A stretch of DNA of 64,000 nt from Antedon mediterranea (taxonomy: Eukaryota; Animalia; Echinodermata): the NCBI RefSeq assembly GCF_964355755.1, contig NC_092676.1, forward strand, positions 4,379,888 through 4,443,887. The letters run 5' to 3'. Positions 13,101 through 28,100 of the stretch are shown here, in pieces. The notes beneath the pieces were generated by a model, which saw only the letters and a list, made by a program, of their open reading frames with translations, did no database searches and was not told where the DNA came from. The translations under genes and the position numbers were made by a program. Every line of letters begins with the position of its first letter. Position 1 is the first letter of the stretch.

Positions 13101-16100
13101 TAACGAATATAAAAACGATCTGTTAGGTCGGCGGTTAACGGACGAAAACAACGGACGTTGTTCTTCCGTTGTACGCGTTAAATTCAATTTCATTGTACAG
13201 TATTAACCATGATACGCTCTGCTGAGTACAGACCGCCCAACTCATTAACGTTTTGCATATTATTAACGCATTTAAACGTCTATTAACGGAGTAAAAACAT
13301 TTGGGCACGCTCCCTAAGTATCCCAATATTTTATTGTTCCAAGTTGGAACCTGTGTAGACCTTATTAGAATAGTTGCCCTTGTTTTACTAAAGCTCTGTC
13401 CACACTATCAAACTTTATATGGCAGGAAAATGTGATGTGCCCATATATGGACATGATGATGTAATATCACTACCAGATTTGGGCATGTCACTACCATATT
13501 TGGGCACGTCACACTTTTTTTGTCAAACTAGTTTGATAGTGTAGAGCTTAAAGTTCCATCGCAATGAATCCGTCTTGTTTTCTCGTAGGCCAGCCACTAT
13601 TGCTACAGCAGTGAGTGCATTCACATCAAATCTAGCAAACATTGATCCTGAAGAAAAGAAGCAAGCTTTAGAAGAAGAACAATTAAGGCTTGCATCCATG
13701 AAGATGGTAAGAACATCACAAATGAGATGCGGTCATAAGCCCCATCCTGGACTTAAAATTCTAAGTTATGGTCATGGGTGTTAATTTACCAAAAAAACAA
13801 CTTGTGTATAAGTTATTTTTTAAAAATGTTTTTTCAGGGGACAATCTTTAAATCTTTAGCACCTTGAGCACTTTTAGAGGATATGTGCGCTATATAAATT
13901 ATTATTATTTATTATTAACATAATAAATGTTTGTATTCGTGAAATGGAGAGTATAATGAGAGTTAAATGACGGAATGGTCTATATGAACAAAAAATGAAA
14001 ACAAAAATCATATAATTATTATTATGATATATTTTAATTAACATAATATTAACTATTATCCACAGCAAACCCATACATCTCCTCCAGTATCTGAGTTGAG
14101 TGCAGCACCAACAAGTAACAATCCGTTTACAAACACAGCGCCACCACAGGCTGTGACCTCTCCGTTTACAAACACATCAGCACCGCAGGCTGTGACCTCT
14201 CCGTTTACAAATACATCAGCGCCACCACAGGCTGTGACCGCTCCAGTCACCGCTCCTCCTAGTCAAGATTTATTTAGTGTTGCCACAACGAGTAAGTCTT
14301 TGAAATATATTAACATTTTCTGGTCCAGAAAAGTGAATGTGTGTAAATAAAAATGGCAGAAAGTTTAGAAGGCAATTCGTCTCAGTGAATAAGCATATGC
14401 TGATCCAAGGTGGGGGAGGGGGCCCTCTAAATTTTGCTAATTGTAATGAAAAAGATAGGATACTAATTTTAGTTCGGCACCTAAAATTTGCCATCTTTAG
14501 GCCCTGGGGTCTCCCTTTCCCCCTATTCCATAATCCTGGATCTGCCACTAGATAATATATCAACTTATAATATATTAATTATTGGCAATAAATAAGCGCT
14601 ATTTTCTAAAATAAAGGGCCAGGAGATGGTTGTTTTTTGACTTCAATTATCAAAAACAAAACGAAAACAACATATGCGTCTACCATGTTTGTTCAGTACC
14701 CACAGTGTGTTATTCTATTCTAGGAAACTACAATGTGATTTTGACTTTCGGACAAAAAATCCCTTTCTTTTGTTGTTGACATTTTTTTTCCACAATCTTT
14801 TCCAAAACTTAAGGAGACAGAAAGAAATAAAATATGTTTACATTTCAATTTCATGCTCCAACCATTCTCATAGTGACATGCTTTAGTGGTGAACATGCTT
14901 GCTTACCAGAATCTGGGGTTCAAATCCTGGCACAGGTCCAGTACCAAAATAATTGTCATCTCAATCTTTAGTGCTTATGTTTTATTTTTCTGCTCAATCT
15001 TCTGCCAATTATCAAGTCAAATCTCATGGGCTCTTTCAAATGCTTTACATACGTCATGAATATCATACATAAAATCAGCCATTCATGTTTTAGATTCATC
15101 ACAATCACAGCCGACGAGTAAACCGTCAGAAGATCTCATGGGCTTAACACCGAATCCAATGGCTGTCGTCCAGGCTACATTGCAGGCGCAGTCACAAATG
15201 ATGCACCCTGGCATGCCGAGCGGCTCCCCTTGGAGCTCACCGAACGGTAAGACAAATCAGATCCGCGCTTGTAATCACATGATACTTGCATGATAATGCT
15301 TCGCTTTACATACACTCGCATTTATTCTTAAGCTCTGTCTACACTATTAAACTTGTATCACAAAAAAAGTGTGATGTGCTCGATTATGGTAGATATGACA
15401 TCATCATGTCCATGTATGGGCACATAAAGTTTGATAGTGTAGACTGGCTTTAATCATTTACTTTGCTTTAATAATATTATTACAGAAAATTAGACGGGTT
15501 TGTGCCAAGCCCATCACGCTAAACTGTAGGTTAATAAATCCATTTCCAATACTCATCAACCATAAATATTCATATATTAACAGCATATATAAACAGATTT
15601 AAAAATGTCTATATATTCCTAAAGAATTTTATCAAACTGAATTCTGTGAGTAACGAAAACTAATCTAATGAGTATAGTTCATTCCAATTTCCAGTACGTT
15701 CATGCATCGAAAGTTTAATGACTGGTTTTTTGTGCCTAAATGCCTGTGTGCGTATAAAACAAAACCATAGTTTGTGTGCAGAACGGCCTTGTTTTGTTTT
15801 TTTCACCGGATATAATACTAGATTGAGCCAGCTTGAACAACCTAAACTAGATTGAACCAGCTTAAGTCAACCTAAACTAGATTGAACCAGCTTAAGCCAA
15901 CCTAAACTAGATTGAACCATCTTAAGCCAACCTAAACTAGATTGAACCAGCTTAAGCCAACCTAAACTAGATTGAACCATCTTAAGCCAACCTAAACTAG
16001 ATTGAACCAGCTTAAACCAACCTAAACTAGATTGAACCATCTTAAGCAAACCTAAACTAGATTGAACCAGCTTAAGCCAACCTAAACTAGATTGAACCAT

Positions 16101-19100
16101 CTTAAGCCAACCTAAACTAGATTGAACCAGCTTAAGCCAACCTAAACTAGATTGAACCATCTTAAGCAAACCTAAACTAGATTGAACCAGCTTAAACCAA
16201 CCTAAACTAGATTAAACCATCTTAAGACAACCTAAACTAGATTGAACCAGCTTAAGCCAACCTAAACTAGATTGAACCATCTTAAGCCAACCTAAACTAG
16301 ATTGAACCCAGCTTAAACCAACCTAAACTAGATTGAACCATCTTAAGCAAACCTAAACTAGATTGAACCAGCTTAAGCCAACCTAAACTAGATTGAACCA
16401 TCTTAAGCCAACCTAAACTAGATTGAACCAGCTTAAGCCAACCTAAACTAGATTGAACCATCTTAAGCAAACCTAAACTATATTGAACCAGCTTAAACCA
16501 ACCTAAATTAGATTGAACCAGCTTAAGCCAACCTAAACTAGATTGAACCATCTTAAGCCAACCTAAACTAGATTGAACCAGCTTAAGCTAACCTAAACTA
16601 GATTGAACCATCTTAAGCAAACCTAAAGTAGATTGAACCAGCTTAAACCAACCTAAACTAGATTGAACCAGTTTAAGCCAACCTAAACTAGATTGAACCA
16701 AATATTGTCAGTTGTCAAAAATATTGCTAACTGGATGAAAGGAGTTGATAATTAGCAAATCAATTGTGATTGGCTACTGATTATATAACGTTTATGCAAC
16801 TCCTCATTATTGTGTTTTACTATTACTGTATATTTTATTTTTCTTATTTTATTGTTACTGCAATGTATGAATACTATTTCATTTTTTAAAATACTGAAAA
16901 TGTTTTTCATAGCTATACATTGTTATTAGTAATGTTTTCTTTTTCTCGTTCTCTTTATTCGGACACTTGTTTGGCTTTACACTTACACTTTGTCTTTACA
17001 TGCTTCGCTTGTTTTGATTCTGTGGATAGTTGGTCGTGCTTTGAAAGTACCACGCCCTCGTTCGCCATTCGATGACAACGTGGGAAATAGCGCATCTGCT
17101 CCTGCCAGCATCGTTGATAGCTTTCTTGGCGGTGATAATACACAAAGTATAGCATACCTGTTTATTACTTTGCTCTTTCTTTTGTATTTTCAATCTTTCA
17201 ATGTTTCGCACATTAAACGTATTTAAAGCACTTGTAATTTTTTTTTTTTTTACTTTATTGAATTAAATGTCCATATGTTAATGTTGTGATCAAAATTATA
17301 AGAAATGCAGTTATTTTGTTTCTTACATTGTCAGCATATAGTGTTTTGCTATATAAGGCCATATATATTTATAATTATGTTGACCAAATTTCAAAGTATA
17401 TAGGTAATAATCTTGACCTAGATCCTTAATGATCTGAAGGTATGATTCCACACCTGTTATTTGAGATATTAGGTTTGTGTCCCACCCTAAAAACAACTTC
17501 TTTAGTGATCTCACAATGTAAATATGTATGATTATTTTTATAACTAAAAATAATTCAATTGTTAAAAGATGAAGCTAAATGGCCCTGTTAGATATGAGGC
17601 TTCTATTCTCTAGGCTTGGCACCAACCAACCCGTTTACTAACACAGCAAAACCCAGCATAGGATCGCCGTCACGTGGCTATGAACGCCACAGCTGGACTC
17701 CAAGCATCCTAGAACCAGAGGGTGGCTTAGAATCTGGCGGTAATGCCGTCGCTGATCTGGAAGCTTTCTTCAGTTCACCCTCCGTGTCCCCTAGCGGAAC
17801 ACCTACTCGCCAAACAAGATCTGGTACTTTTTTGACATCTGTCATGACCCATTCCTCCTGTGTTTGGATGTTGTTGTGACTCCTCCCTCTTGTGTTTGAA
17901 TGTTTGTCATGACTCCTCCCTCTTGTGTTTGGATGTTTGTCATGACTCCTCTCTCTTGTGTTTGGATGTTTGTCATGACTCCTCCCTCTTGTGCTTGGAT
18001 GTTTGTCGTGACTTCTCCCTCTTGTGTTTGGATGATGTATGCATTTGGAATGTACTGTGTCTGGAAGTTATTAACCACTACCATTTTCCATGGTTTTTTT
18101 TTCAATGTCTAAATTCTTGATATATCTTTTATTTTTTTCTCATTGTTTTGAATTTTCTCCACAGTACTATATTTCAAGTGGATGTACTGTAGTTATAAAA
18201 TGAGTTGGACAGAATGATTGAAAGAGAATGTATTAATTTAAAAAGACAGCGGTTGAAGATAAATAAAATTTAAATATAATTGTTTGGATATCTTCAATAT
18301 TCTGTACACAAAATGTCATGCAAATATTTTTTGATTTCTATGCACAACTTTATGGAGAACACCAATATTAGTGAGTTCTACTAGGCCCAATTTTAACTTC
18401 TCAAACCACCCAAACTGGATAGCTGAAAAGCCTAATTTCACCATAGGCACTCCAGAATTCCTCTGGATATCTGAACGTACTTTATTTTTTTCAAACCTAG
18501 CTTTAACTTATTGACAACCTAACCCCTACAATTCTCTACCTGCCTGGGACACACAGATCATGTTTTTTTTTTAATGAGGGTGATCCATCCATTTTGTCTA
18601 ATAGAAGCACAATCATGCAAGGGGATCTGAAATAAATACAGACTCTTTTTTTAACACCTTACACAAAGTTTAGATATGAATATGTAGCATGGTGGTAATT
18701 GTCTATCAACTGTTCAAATGATAACCCATGTTAAGACTTTGTTGTATTTATTTACCATATTTTCCCTACAATTTCAGTTATTTATGTAAATATGTGTTTG
18801 TATAAATATACAGTATCTAATTTTAATCGAAAGTTTAATTATATTTTTTTTTTAATGAATTACTGTATACTTTAATATATTTTTATCCCGTACACACTGT
18901 ATAATCATGAAAATATACATATTTTATTTATTAGATTATTATTATATATTTAAATAATGATTTAATTCCTCTTAAGCTCTGTCTATACTATCAAACTAGT
19001 TTGACAAAAAAAGTGTGATGTGCCCAAATATGGTAGTGATATGCTCAAATATGGTAGTGATATGACATCATCATGTCCATATATGGGCACATCATATTTT

Positions 19101-22100
19101 TTTGTCGCATAGTTTGATAGTGTAGACACAACTTAATGCTAATTAACAAAGGTGCTAATTTTTCACAGGCTGCTATACAATATTTAATAAGAAGAAATAT
19201 TACTTTGTCATTATAATTTTCAGGCATGCTGCCACCAACTAACTCTCCTTCACCTTCAACCAATAGCCTCATCGATCCAGGCTTAACAGCTTATAGTGCT
19301 AGGCCAATTCAAACAGGTAATAAAGGTTGCACGCTGCAAATAGCTTTTAAAAGTCTAGCTTTTTTAACAATTTATCACTTTGTATTTAGACTAACATAAC
19401 AATTTGGTACTAATCAATACTAATGTTTTATAAAGCCTAGTTTCTTTAAAGTCAATATGCTGCTGATAAAATGTTCCGTTGAATTTATCGACATATGCAG
19501 AACAGTATCATGATTTCTTAAGCGGGAAATTGAGTTTTTTTAAATCCACAAAATGGTCTCATCTTATTTTTCTCATCCCACCCCCTTCATCTCATCCCAA
19601 GAGATTTTTAATATATTTAATGAGGTTGATCCATCTAGCAATTGATGATCATTATACAATTCGGTTCATTTTGATAACCCCCTGTGTATAAATGCACGCA
19701 TAAGTAAAAATGTGTGTAACGAACAAACTTCAAAATGTCTCTGTGAAAGATCCAACATATTTTTGTCTCCAACATCAGGATTTTAAAAATTACAATTTAA
19801 ATTGATATTGACAAATTAACGGAAAATTTAGTCCTGCCAATGCCATGTGCCAGTGAACTTATTGATTTTAAGTAAAACAGGCTTAAGTTTCTATTTAAAC
19901 TCAAATAATTCAAATCAAATTTAATAACAATAATACAGGTAGGTATTTGAGTTATCAAATCATTGCTTAGTTCAGAATTGTCTCATTGCTCTTAATTTGT
20001 AATATAGTTTGTAACAAATAATAATAGAAACACAAAATACATGAATCGACCATAATACGCATGACATGATGACCATTTGCCTGATGGCAAGGAACGGGAA
20101 TGCGTTGATACATTTCGGCAGGTATTGTTATCTCCCAGAAATGTTAAGGACAGTGTTTAAATTCTGGTACCCTCTGGAATTTCCCCTGGCATGACAGTGT
20201 GCGTGACACCCAGGTACCTTGGAATTTCCCCTGGGATGACAGTTTGCGTGACACCCTGGTACCTTGGAATTTCCCATGGGATGACAGTGTGCGTGACTCC
20301 CTGGTACCTTGGAATTTCCCCTGGGATGACAGTGTGTGTGACACCCTGGTACCTTGGAATTTCCTTTGGGATGACAGTGTGCGTGACCCCTGGTACCTTG
20401 GAATTTCCCCTAGAATGACAGTGTGTGTGACACCCTGGTACCTTGGAATTTCCCCTAGAATGACAGTGTGCGTGACATCCTGGTACCTTGGAATTTCCCC
20501 TCGGATGACAGTGTGCGCGACACCTTGGTACCTTGGAATTTCCCCTGGGATGACAGTGTGCGCGACACCCATGGTACCTTGGAATTTCCTCTGGGATGAC
20601 AGTGTGCGTGACACCCTGGTACCTTGGAATTTCCCCTGGGATAATAGTGTGCGTGACACCCTGGTACCTTGGAATTTCCTCTGGAATGACAGTGTGTGTG
20701 ACACCCTGGTACCTTGAAATTTCCCCTGGGATGACAGTGTGCGTGACACCCTGGTACCTTGGAATTTCCCCTGGAATGACAGTGTGCAAGGCACCCTGGA
20801 ATGCCCCTGGCATCACCCCTGGCATCTTGTGTTTCTACTATTTTTGTTATAATATAGAATGCTTAGGAATCTGTAGAACCAAACCCTCATGTCAATAACT
20901 GTATATATTAACATAATATTTTTATGTACAAAATAATTCCAAGAAAAAACATTTCTAAACGTCAACTTCCAATTAGTTATAATGAAATAACTACTGAAGT
21001 AAACACACAAAATTACTGCAGTAATCATTTCATTATAATTGATAAGAAATTAACCTACAAACCAGCATGAGTATCCAACATTTTTGAGATGACCTTTGAC
21101 CCCAAGTAAGTGTCGTATGCTTGTTATTGTTTTGTATCACTGTGCATTTTTTCCTTCATTTTGCCATTCATTGTTAGGGGTCATGCAAACTCAAGTAGGG
21201 GCTAACTTTGATCAAGCCTTTGGTACGGCATCTACCAAAACGTCAGGTAGGTTCATGCAATGGGTATTAATACCCAAAGAAGGGGTGCAATCTAGAAGTA
21301 GTGGTACAATCTAGAATTAGGATACTAACTTGAAGAACGGATATAGCAAAGGGGAAAAGGTCATTCCGAAATTCTAGAAACAGATCGAAAGCCCTTTTGT
21401 TTCATAAGAGTTCATATTATTAATACCAATTTTTCATTCACTAACATTTTATTTTTTTAATTCAAGTTCAACTTTAAAATGAGATTTTTTTTTTTTTAAA
21501 GCAATTCAAAGAACGGGTCATTCTAAAGAAAAAAATTATTACTTAAACTAATGATGTTACTGTATTGCCAAACAAATGCATTTTACTTTAAAGGCCAAAG
21601 CTTGAGTAGCAAAAGCTGATTTATTTTGATCTTTTTTTGTCACATTTTATTGTTTATTTTATGTGTGACATGAGTGACAAATAAAGTATTTACACACATG
21701 TATCATTTCTTACATTGAATCCAATACAAATTTCAATTTCTGCCATGTTATCTTATTCAAATTCAAAATTTATTCACCTCCCTTTGGAGAAACATATAAA
21801 AAACTGTCCAATAAAACACATCAAAATGAAGATTCACACGAATCAAAAGATTAAAATGGTTAAATAAAGTGTAAAAATCATTGTGAAAATTTGATGAATT
21901 TTAGCAATTTTTAATAACATTTTTAGTTCATTTAGTGTTTATTGTGTATTGTGTGTACAATGTTAAAGATGTATTGTCCCTTTGACTAATTCCAAAAAAA
22001 TAAAAAATAATAGATTTCGAAAAAAGGTGGGTCATTTTGAAGTATCATAATAATTATTAACTATCACCAAATATTTTTCGAAAAAAAAAAAAAATTTAAC

Positions 22101-25100
22101 TGAAATACAGACGTTTTTTTGTTTAAAAAATTACTTTGACTTCCAGTCAAAGTTTTCAATCAAAACATATCCCATAATGAAACGCGCCTGTTTGGCTACT
22201 CTGTATGCATAATCATAAAACTTCCTCATGATCTGTGTGAAAATACCTTCTTAACCGTGACAAGTTGTAAACAATCCTAATTTAGCATATGCATAATGCG
22301 TACTCATGGTTTGAAATCTTTGTTTACTTTCGCTCGTGACGATTTTCCAGATGAAATGTAATCAAACTAATTTACCTGTTAATTACGTAAACTTGTTGTT
22401 TTTGGCTCAAATTTTCGACTTAAAGTGAATAACTTTAATATTAATTTGATATGGCCACTTTAAATTTAGAATATTTTGACCTTCATTTTTTTGTGTTTCA
22501 AGGGACAATACATCTTTAAGCATTCATGCGTTATTAATTTTCCAGGCATGCATAATCAATTTACATTAGAGAGATTATTTACATCTAATGTACTGCATTA
22601 TTTGCTGCCCTCTCTTGTTTGATTACCCAAGTTAAGCCTGTGTGAGGGCAGTATAATTGTCAAAACCTTCTAACCATTTCAAGATCTTGTCTCGTGTTTA
22701 ATTTCCCAGGCATGCAAAATCAATTTACGTTGTGTATTAGAGATAATAGTATATGATTATCTTTAATCCTCTATCTCAAATGTACTATGTATGTGCTGCC
22801 CTCTGTTGTTATTTTTTGCCTGTGAGCTTGCAGTATATTAAACTAGATATTAAAATGTATTATGAATATTATTACGAGCACTGTGTTATAATAAGTATAA
22901 TGCTGTCTGAAAACTAATATAATAATTAACAAAATAAAAAATGAATTCATATTGATAAATTTCAGGCGGAGCTGAATTACTCGGAGAGGTTATGCAGCCA
23001 ATGAACAAGAGAATAGAACCAACACCCCCCGCAGAAAATCTTGTTTCAAATGGAACAAGCAAGGATATTGATAGCACATTGGCACATCTAGCCACTAATC
23101 TAAATATGAAAGGAGGAACACCGAAAAAGTAATTATATATGACCTTTGACTCTTAATTTCAAATTCAGATATTTACACCTCTTAGAAATGTGTATACTCT
23201 ACACTTATATTTGTTTTATTTCAACATTATTTTACGAGGGTGGTCCATCCAGCCGAAGCTGATCATTAGGGACCCTCACAAAAATACAATATGACAAGAC
23301 ATAAACATGTAACAATTCTCACTGATTGTAAACAATTAAATTAAAATTAGAATTTATAAAGATAAACAAAATCAAATAATGCACAATTTGCATAAATGTA
23401 AAATTAGTAATTAAATAAAATAAAATAATGTATTGTATTAATGTATATTTTAACTTCTCTTCCCAATCTTCTCCCACACCCCCTCCTCATCCTATCCAAG
23501 CAATCTCACTGTACTTTGTGTCTACAAGGACTTAATATTATATACTTCTCTTCCCCATCTTCTCCCACACCCCCTCCTCATCCTATCCAAGCAATCTCAC
23601 TGTACTTTGTGTCTACAAGGACTTAATATTATAACTTCTCTTCCCCATCTTCTCCCACACCCCCTCCTCATCTTCTCCCACACCCCCTCCTCATCCTATC
23701 CAAGCAATCTCACTGTACTTTGTGTCTACAAGGACTTAATATTATATACTTCTCTTTCCCATCTTCTCCCACACCCCCTCCTCATCCTATCCAAGCAATC
23801 TCACTGTACTTTGTGTCTACAAGGACTTAATATTATATACTTCTCTTCCCCATCTTCTCCCACACCCCCTCCTCATCCTATCCAAGCAATCTCACGGTAC
23901 TTTGTGTCTACAAGGACTTAATATTATAACTTCTCTTCCCCATCTTCTCCCACACCCCCTTCTCATCCTATCCAAGCAATCTCACTGTACTTTGTGTCTA
24001 CAAGGACTTAATATTATAACTTCTCTTCCCCATCTTCTCCCACACCCCCTCCTCCCACACCCTCTCCTCATCCTATCCAAGCAATCTCACTTATGCTATA
24101 TTTCTTTCTATCTATCTAATGTTAGTTTCATTATGATGCATGACTTATTTCATGGAAAACGTAAAGAATTACTAATAATGAATATTTTAGTGGTAATTGT
24201 TTCTCAACATTGATAAGAAATTGAGAATTGAGATTGACGATTAAATTTTGTACATACGGATTTAAATCTGATTGGTTATTTGGTTGTTGGACAAAATTGT
24301 AGACAGTTGATTGGTTGGCTTAATAATAGGCAGTTGATTGGCTGGTAGATTGAAACAAGTAAAAGATAGTTGATTGAAAGATGGACAAAATTTAAATAGA
24401 CAATTGATTCGTTGACTAATGTGTAAAGAGCCAAATAGAGGACAAAACTTAAAAGAGAGTTTATTGGCTAGTTGATCAAAAAAGTTGTAGGTACTTCATT
24501 GGAAGATAGACGCATATTTGACAAAATTAAAGATGTTTGATTGGCTGGTTCATTGTAATCGTTCTATCTTTGTTCATGCAACATCTAGTATAACTATAAG
24601 AACATTATTTACTTTTGGAAAATATATTTTAGAAAAATAATATATAAAACAATAAAAACATCATCTAATTTATTGATATATATCATGAAATATATTGTCC
24701 TCCATAAAAAATATTTTTTTAACATTTTTGTATAGAATAGAATATGTAGAATATGCCATTTTAATGTCACATAATAGTCGGATTGAAACAACATTTATTT
24801 ACCAGAAAAAAATGTAATTTAATGCCAAAAATAGTCAAATTTGCTGAATTTTTTGGTTGAATTTATTTTGTTATTTTACAAGTGAAAACATTTTTTCAGT
24901 TCTTTTTCCCAATGGAAGTAATTAACTTTATTAAAACTACAAATACAAAATAAATTCTTCAAAGTCTGATTTTATTAATCTTAATTTTTCATAATTTTGG
25001 GGGACAATAAATGTTTACTGATAATTTTCAGAGCCGATCACCAATGGACCAAAAACCCTTCCAAGAATATGAAGACAGGTGGCGCTAATTGGGCCCCACA

Positions 25101-28100
25101 ACAGACGACGTCAACAACGACATGGCCACAAGGACAACAATATATGGTAAGATATAAATATAAGATCATATATTTTAGTATTACTGTTAAGCGTTTTACA
25201 GCATTTATGAAAGTCAATGTTCTAAAGATTGACGATTATGTTTTGTATCTGTACATACTGTATTGAATTGTTATTGGTTGATTGGTTGTCCGACAAAATC
25301 GTAAACAGTTGATTGGTTGACAAAATTACAGACAATTGATTGGCTGATTTGATTGAATCAAGTTATAGTTTCATAGTCACACTGCTGATTGGTTGACAAA
25401 AGTATGAAGAGCTAATTGTGTAACAAAGTTAACGACAGTTGATTGGCCGGTTGAAACACAAAATCATAGACTTTTGATTGGTTGATAACATTGTAGACAG
25501 TTGATTGGCTAAATAGACAAGGCAGTTAATTTTGAAACAAGTCAAAGAAAGTTGATTGTCTGGTTGATTGAAACAAGTCAAAGAAAGTTGATTGTCTGGT
25601 TGATTGAAACAAGTCAAAGAAAGTTGATTGGCTGGTTGATTGAAACAAGTCAAAGAAAGTTGATTGTCTGGTTGATTGAAACAAGTCAAAGAAAGTTGAT
25701 TGGCTGGTTGATTGAAACAAGTCAAAGAAAGTTGATTGTCTGGTTGATTGAAACAAGTCAAAGAAAGTTGATTGGCTGGTTGATTGAAACAAGTCAAAGA
25801 AAGTTGATTGGCTGGTTGATTGAAACAAGTCAAAGAAAGTTGATTGTCTGGTTGATTGAAACAAGTCAAAGAAAGTTGATTGGCTGGTTGATTGAAACAA
25901 GTCAAAGAAAGTTGATTGGCTGGTTGATTGAAACAAGTCAAAGAAAGTTGATTGGCTGGTTGATTGAAACAAGTCAAAGAAAGTTGATTGGCTGGTTGAT
26001 TGAAACAAGTCAAAGAAAGTTGATTGGCTGGTTGATTGAAACAAGTCAAAGAAAGTTGATTGTCTGGTTGATTGAAACAAGTCAAAGAAAGTTGATTGGC
26101 TGGTTGATTGAAACAAGTCAAAGAAAGTTGATTGTCTGGTTGATTGAAACAAGTCAAAGAAAGTTGATTGGCTGGTTGATTGAAACAAGTCAAAGAAAGT
26201 TGATTGGCTGGTTGATTGAAACAAGTCAAAGAAAGTTGATTGGCTGGTTGATTGAAACAAGTCAAAGAAAGTTGATTGGCTGGTTGATTGAAACAAGTCA
26301 AAGAAAGTTGATTGGCTGGTTGATTGAAACAAGTCAAAGAAAGTTGATTGGCTGGTTGATTGAAACAAGTCAAAGAAAGTTGATTGTCTGGTTGATTGAA
26401 ACAAGTCAAAGAAAGTTGATTGTCTGGTTGATTGAAACAAGTCAAAGAAAGTTGATTGTCTGGTTGATTGAAACAAGTCAAAGAAAGTTGATTGTCTGGT
26501 ATATTGAAACAAGTCAAAGAAAGTTGATTGGCTGGTTGATTGAAACAAGTCAAAGAAAGTTGATTGTCTGGTTGATTGAAACAAGTCAAAGAAAGTTGAT
26601 TGTCTGGTTGATTGAAACAAGTCAAAGAAAGTTGATTGGCTGGTTGATTGAAACAAGTCAAAGAAAGTTGATTGTCTGGTATATTGAAACAAGTCAAAGA
26701 AAGTTGATTGGCTGGTTGATTGAAACAAGTCAAAGAAAGTTGATTGTCTGGTTGATTGAAACAAGTCAAAGAAAGTTGATTGTCTGGTTGATTGAAACAA
26801 TTCAAAGAAAGTTGATTGTCTGGTTGATTGAAACAAGTCAAAGAAAGTTGATTGTCTGGTTGATTGAAACAAGTCAAAGAAAGTTGATTGGCTGGTTGAT
26901 TGAAACAAGTCAAAGAAAGTTGATTGTCTGGTTGATTGAAACAAGTCAAAGAAAGTTGATTGTCTGGTTGATTGAAACAAGTCAAAGAAAGTTGATTGGC
27001 TGGTTGATTGAAACAAGTCAAAGAAAGTTGATTGTCTGGTTGATTGAAACAAGTCAAAGAAAGTTGATTGTCTGGTTGATTGAAACAAGTCAAAGAAAGT
27101 TGATTGGCTGGTTGATTGAAACAAGTCAAAGAAAGTTGATTGTCTGGTTGATTGAAACAAGTCAAAGAAAGTTGATTGTCTGGTTGATTGAAACAAGTCA
27201 AAGAAAGTTGATTGGCTGGTTGATTGAAACAAGTCAAAGAAAGTTGATTGTCTGGTTGATTGAAACAAGTCAAAGAAAGTTGATTGGCTGGTTGATTGAA
27301 ACAAGTCAAAGAAAGTTGATTGGCTGTAATTATACACAGTCGACAATACATCATGTACTATTGAATTGTTAATATGTTTTTTCAAAATGTTGTTTTCTTC
27401 CTATTTTCAATGCTTATCACAGGAGGTACAGTAATATTATGGTTTGAAAACTAATTTACTCTTTAATCTAGTGTGTGACAATGTTTGTAGATAATTTGGG
27501 AGAATATAAATATAGGGGAGTCCTTTTATTATATAACCGCATCATCAGTAGGCCCATCATCAACATCTTTAGCTTTATTGTAATCATATCGTTAATGTCA
27601 TCATCAGTATTGTCATCATCATCACCATCATTGTCACCATGATCATCATCATCGTCATCGTTATTGTCGTCGTCATCATCATCTCCTTCATCATCATCAT
27701 CATCATCATCATCACCATTATCATCATCTTTATCATCATTATCATCACCATCATCTTTATCATCATCTTAATCATCTTCATCTTTTTCATCATCATCATA
27801 TTCATCATCATTATCACCATCATCATTATCACCATCACCATCATCATCACCATCATCTTCATCAAATAACATCATCTGACATTGTTTTGCCATTAAAGTG
27901 GAGGTGCTCTAAAAAAATTTCACATTTTTATTTTATTCAGTTTATAATAAAGATTCTGTAAATCAGACTAGGCCTAGCCCTAAGCAACAGAGAGACGAAT
28001 GGAGATTAACCTCACTTGATTGATATCTCTATGTGACTTGTTATGACACTATATACCATACAGTGCTTCATTTTGAAGCTAAGATTAGACTCAAAAAGTA

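Noticed and set aside
20144-20898. Repetitive ORFs (also 15867-16551, 33738-34452, 49380-49766)
   Set aside because: Minisatellite translations with no splice or domain support.
25429-27385. 600+ aa ORFs in three frames
   Set aside because: Translations of a stop-free 36-bp minisatellite inside a PICALM intron; open on both strands with no unique domain.
27423-27425. 3-nt micro-exon GAG after a pyrimidine tract
   Set aside because: Donor (gtacag) is weak and there is no independent support.
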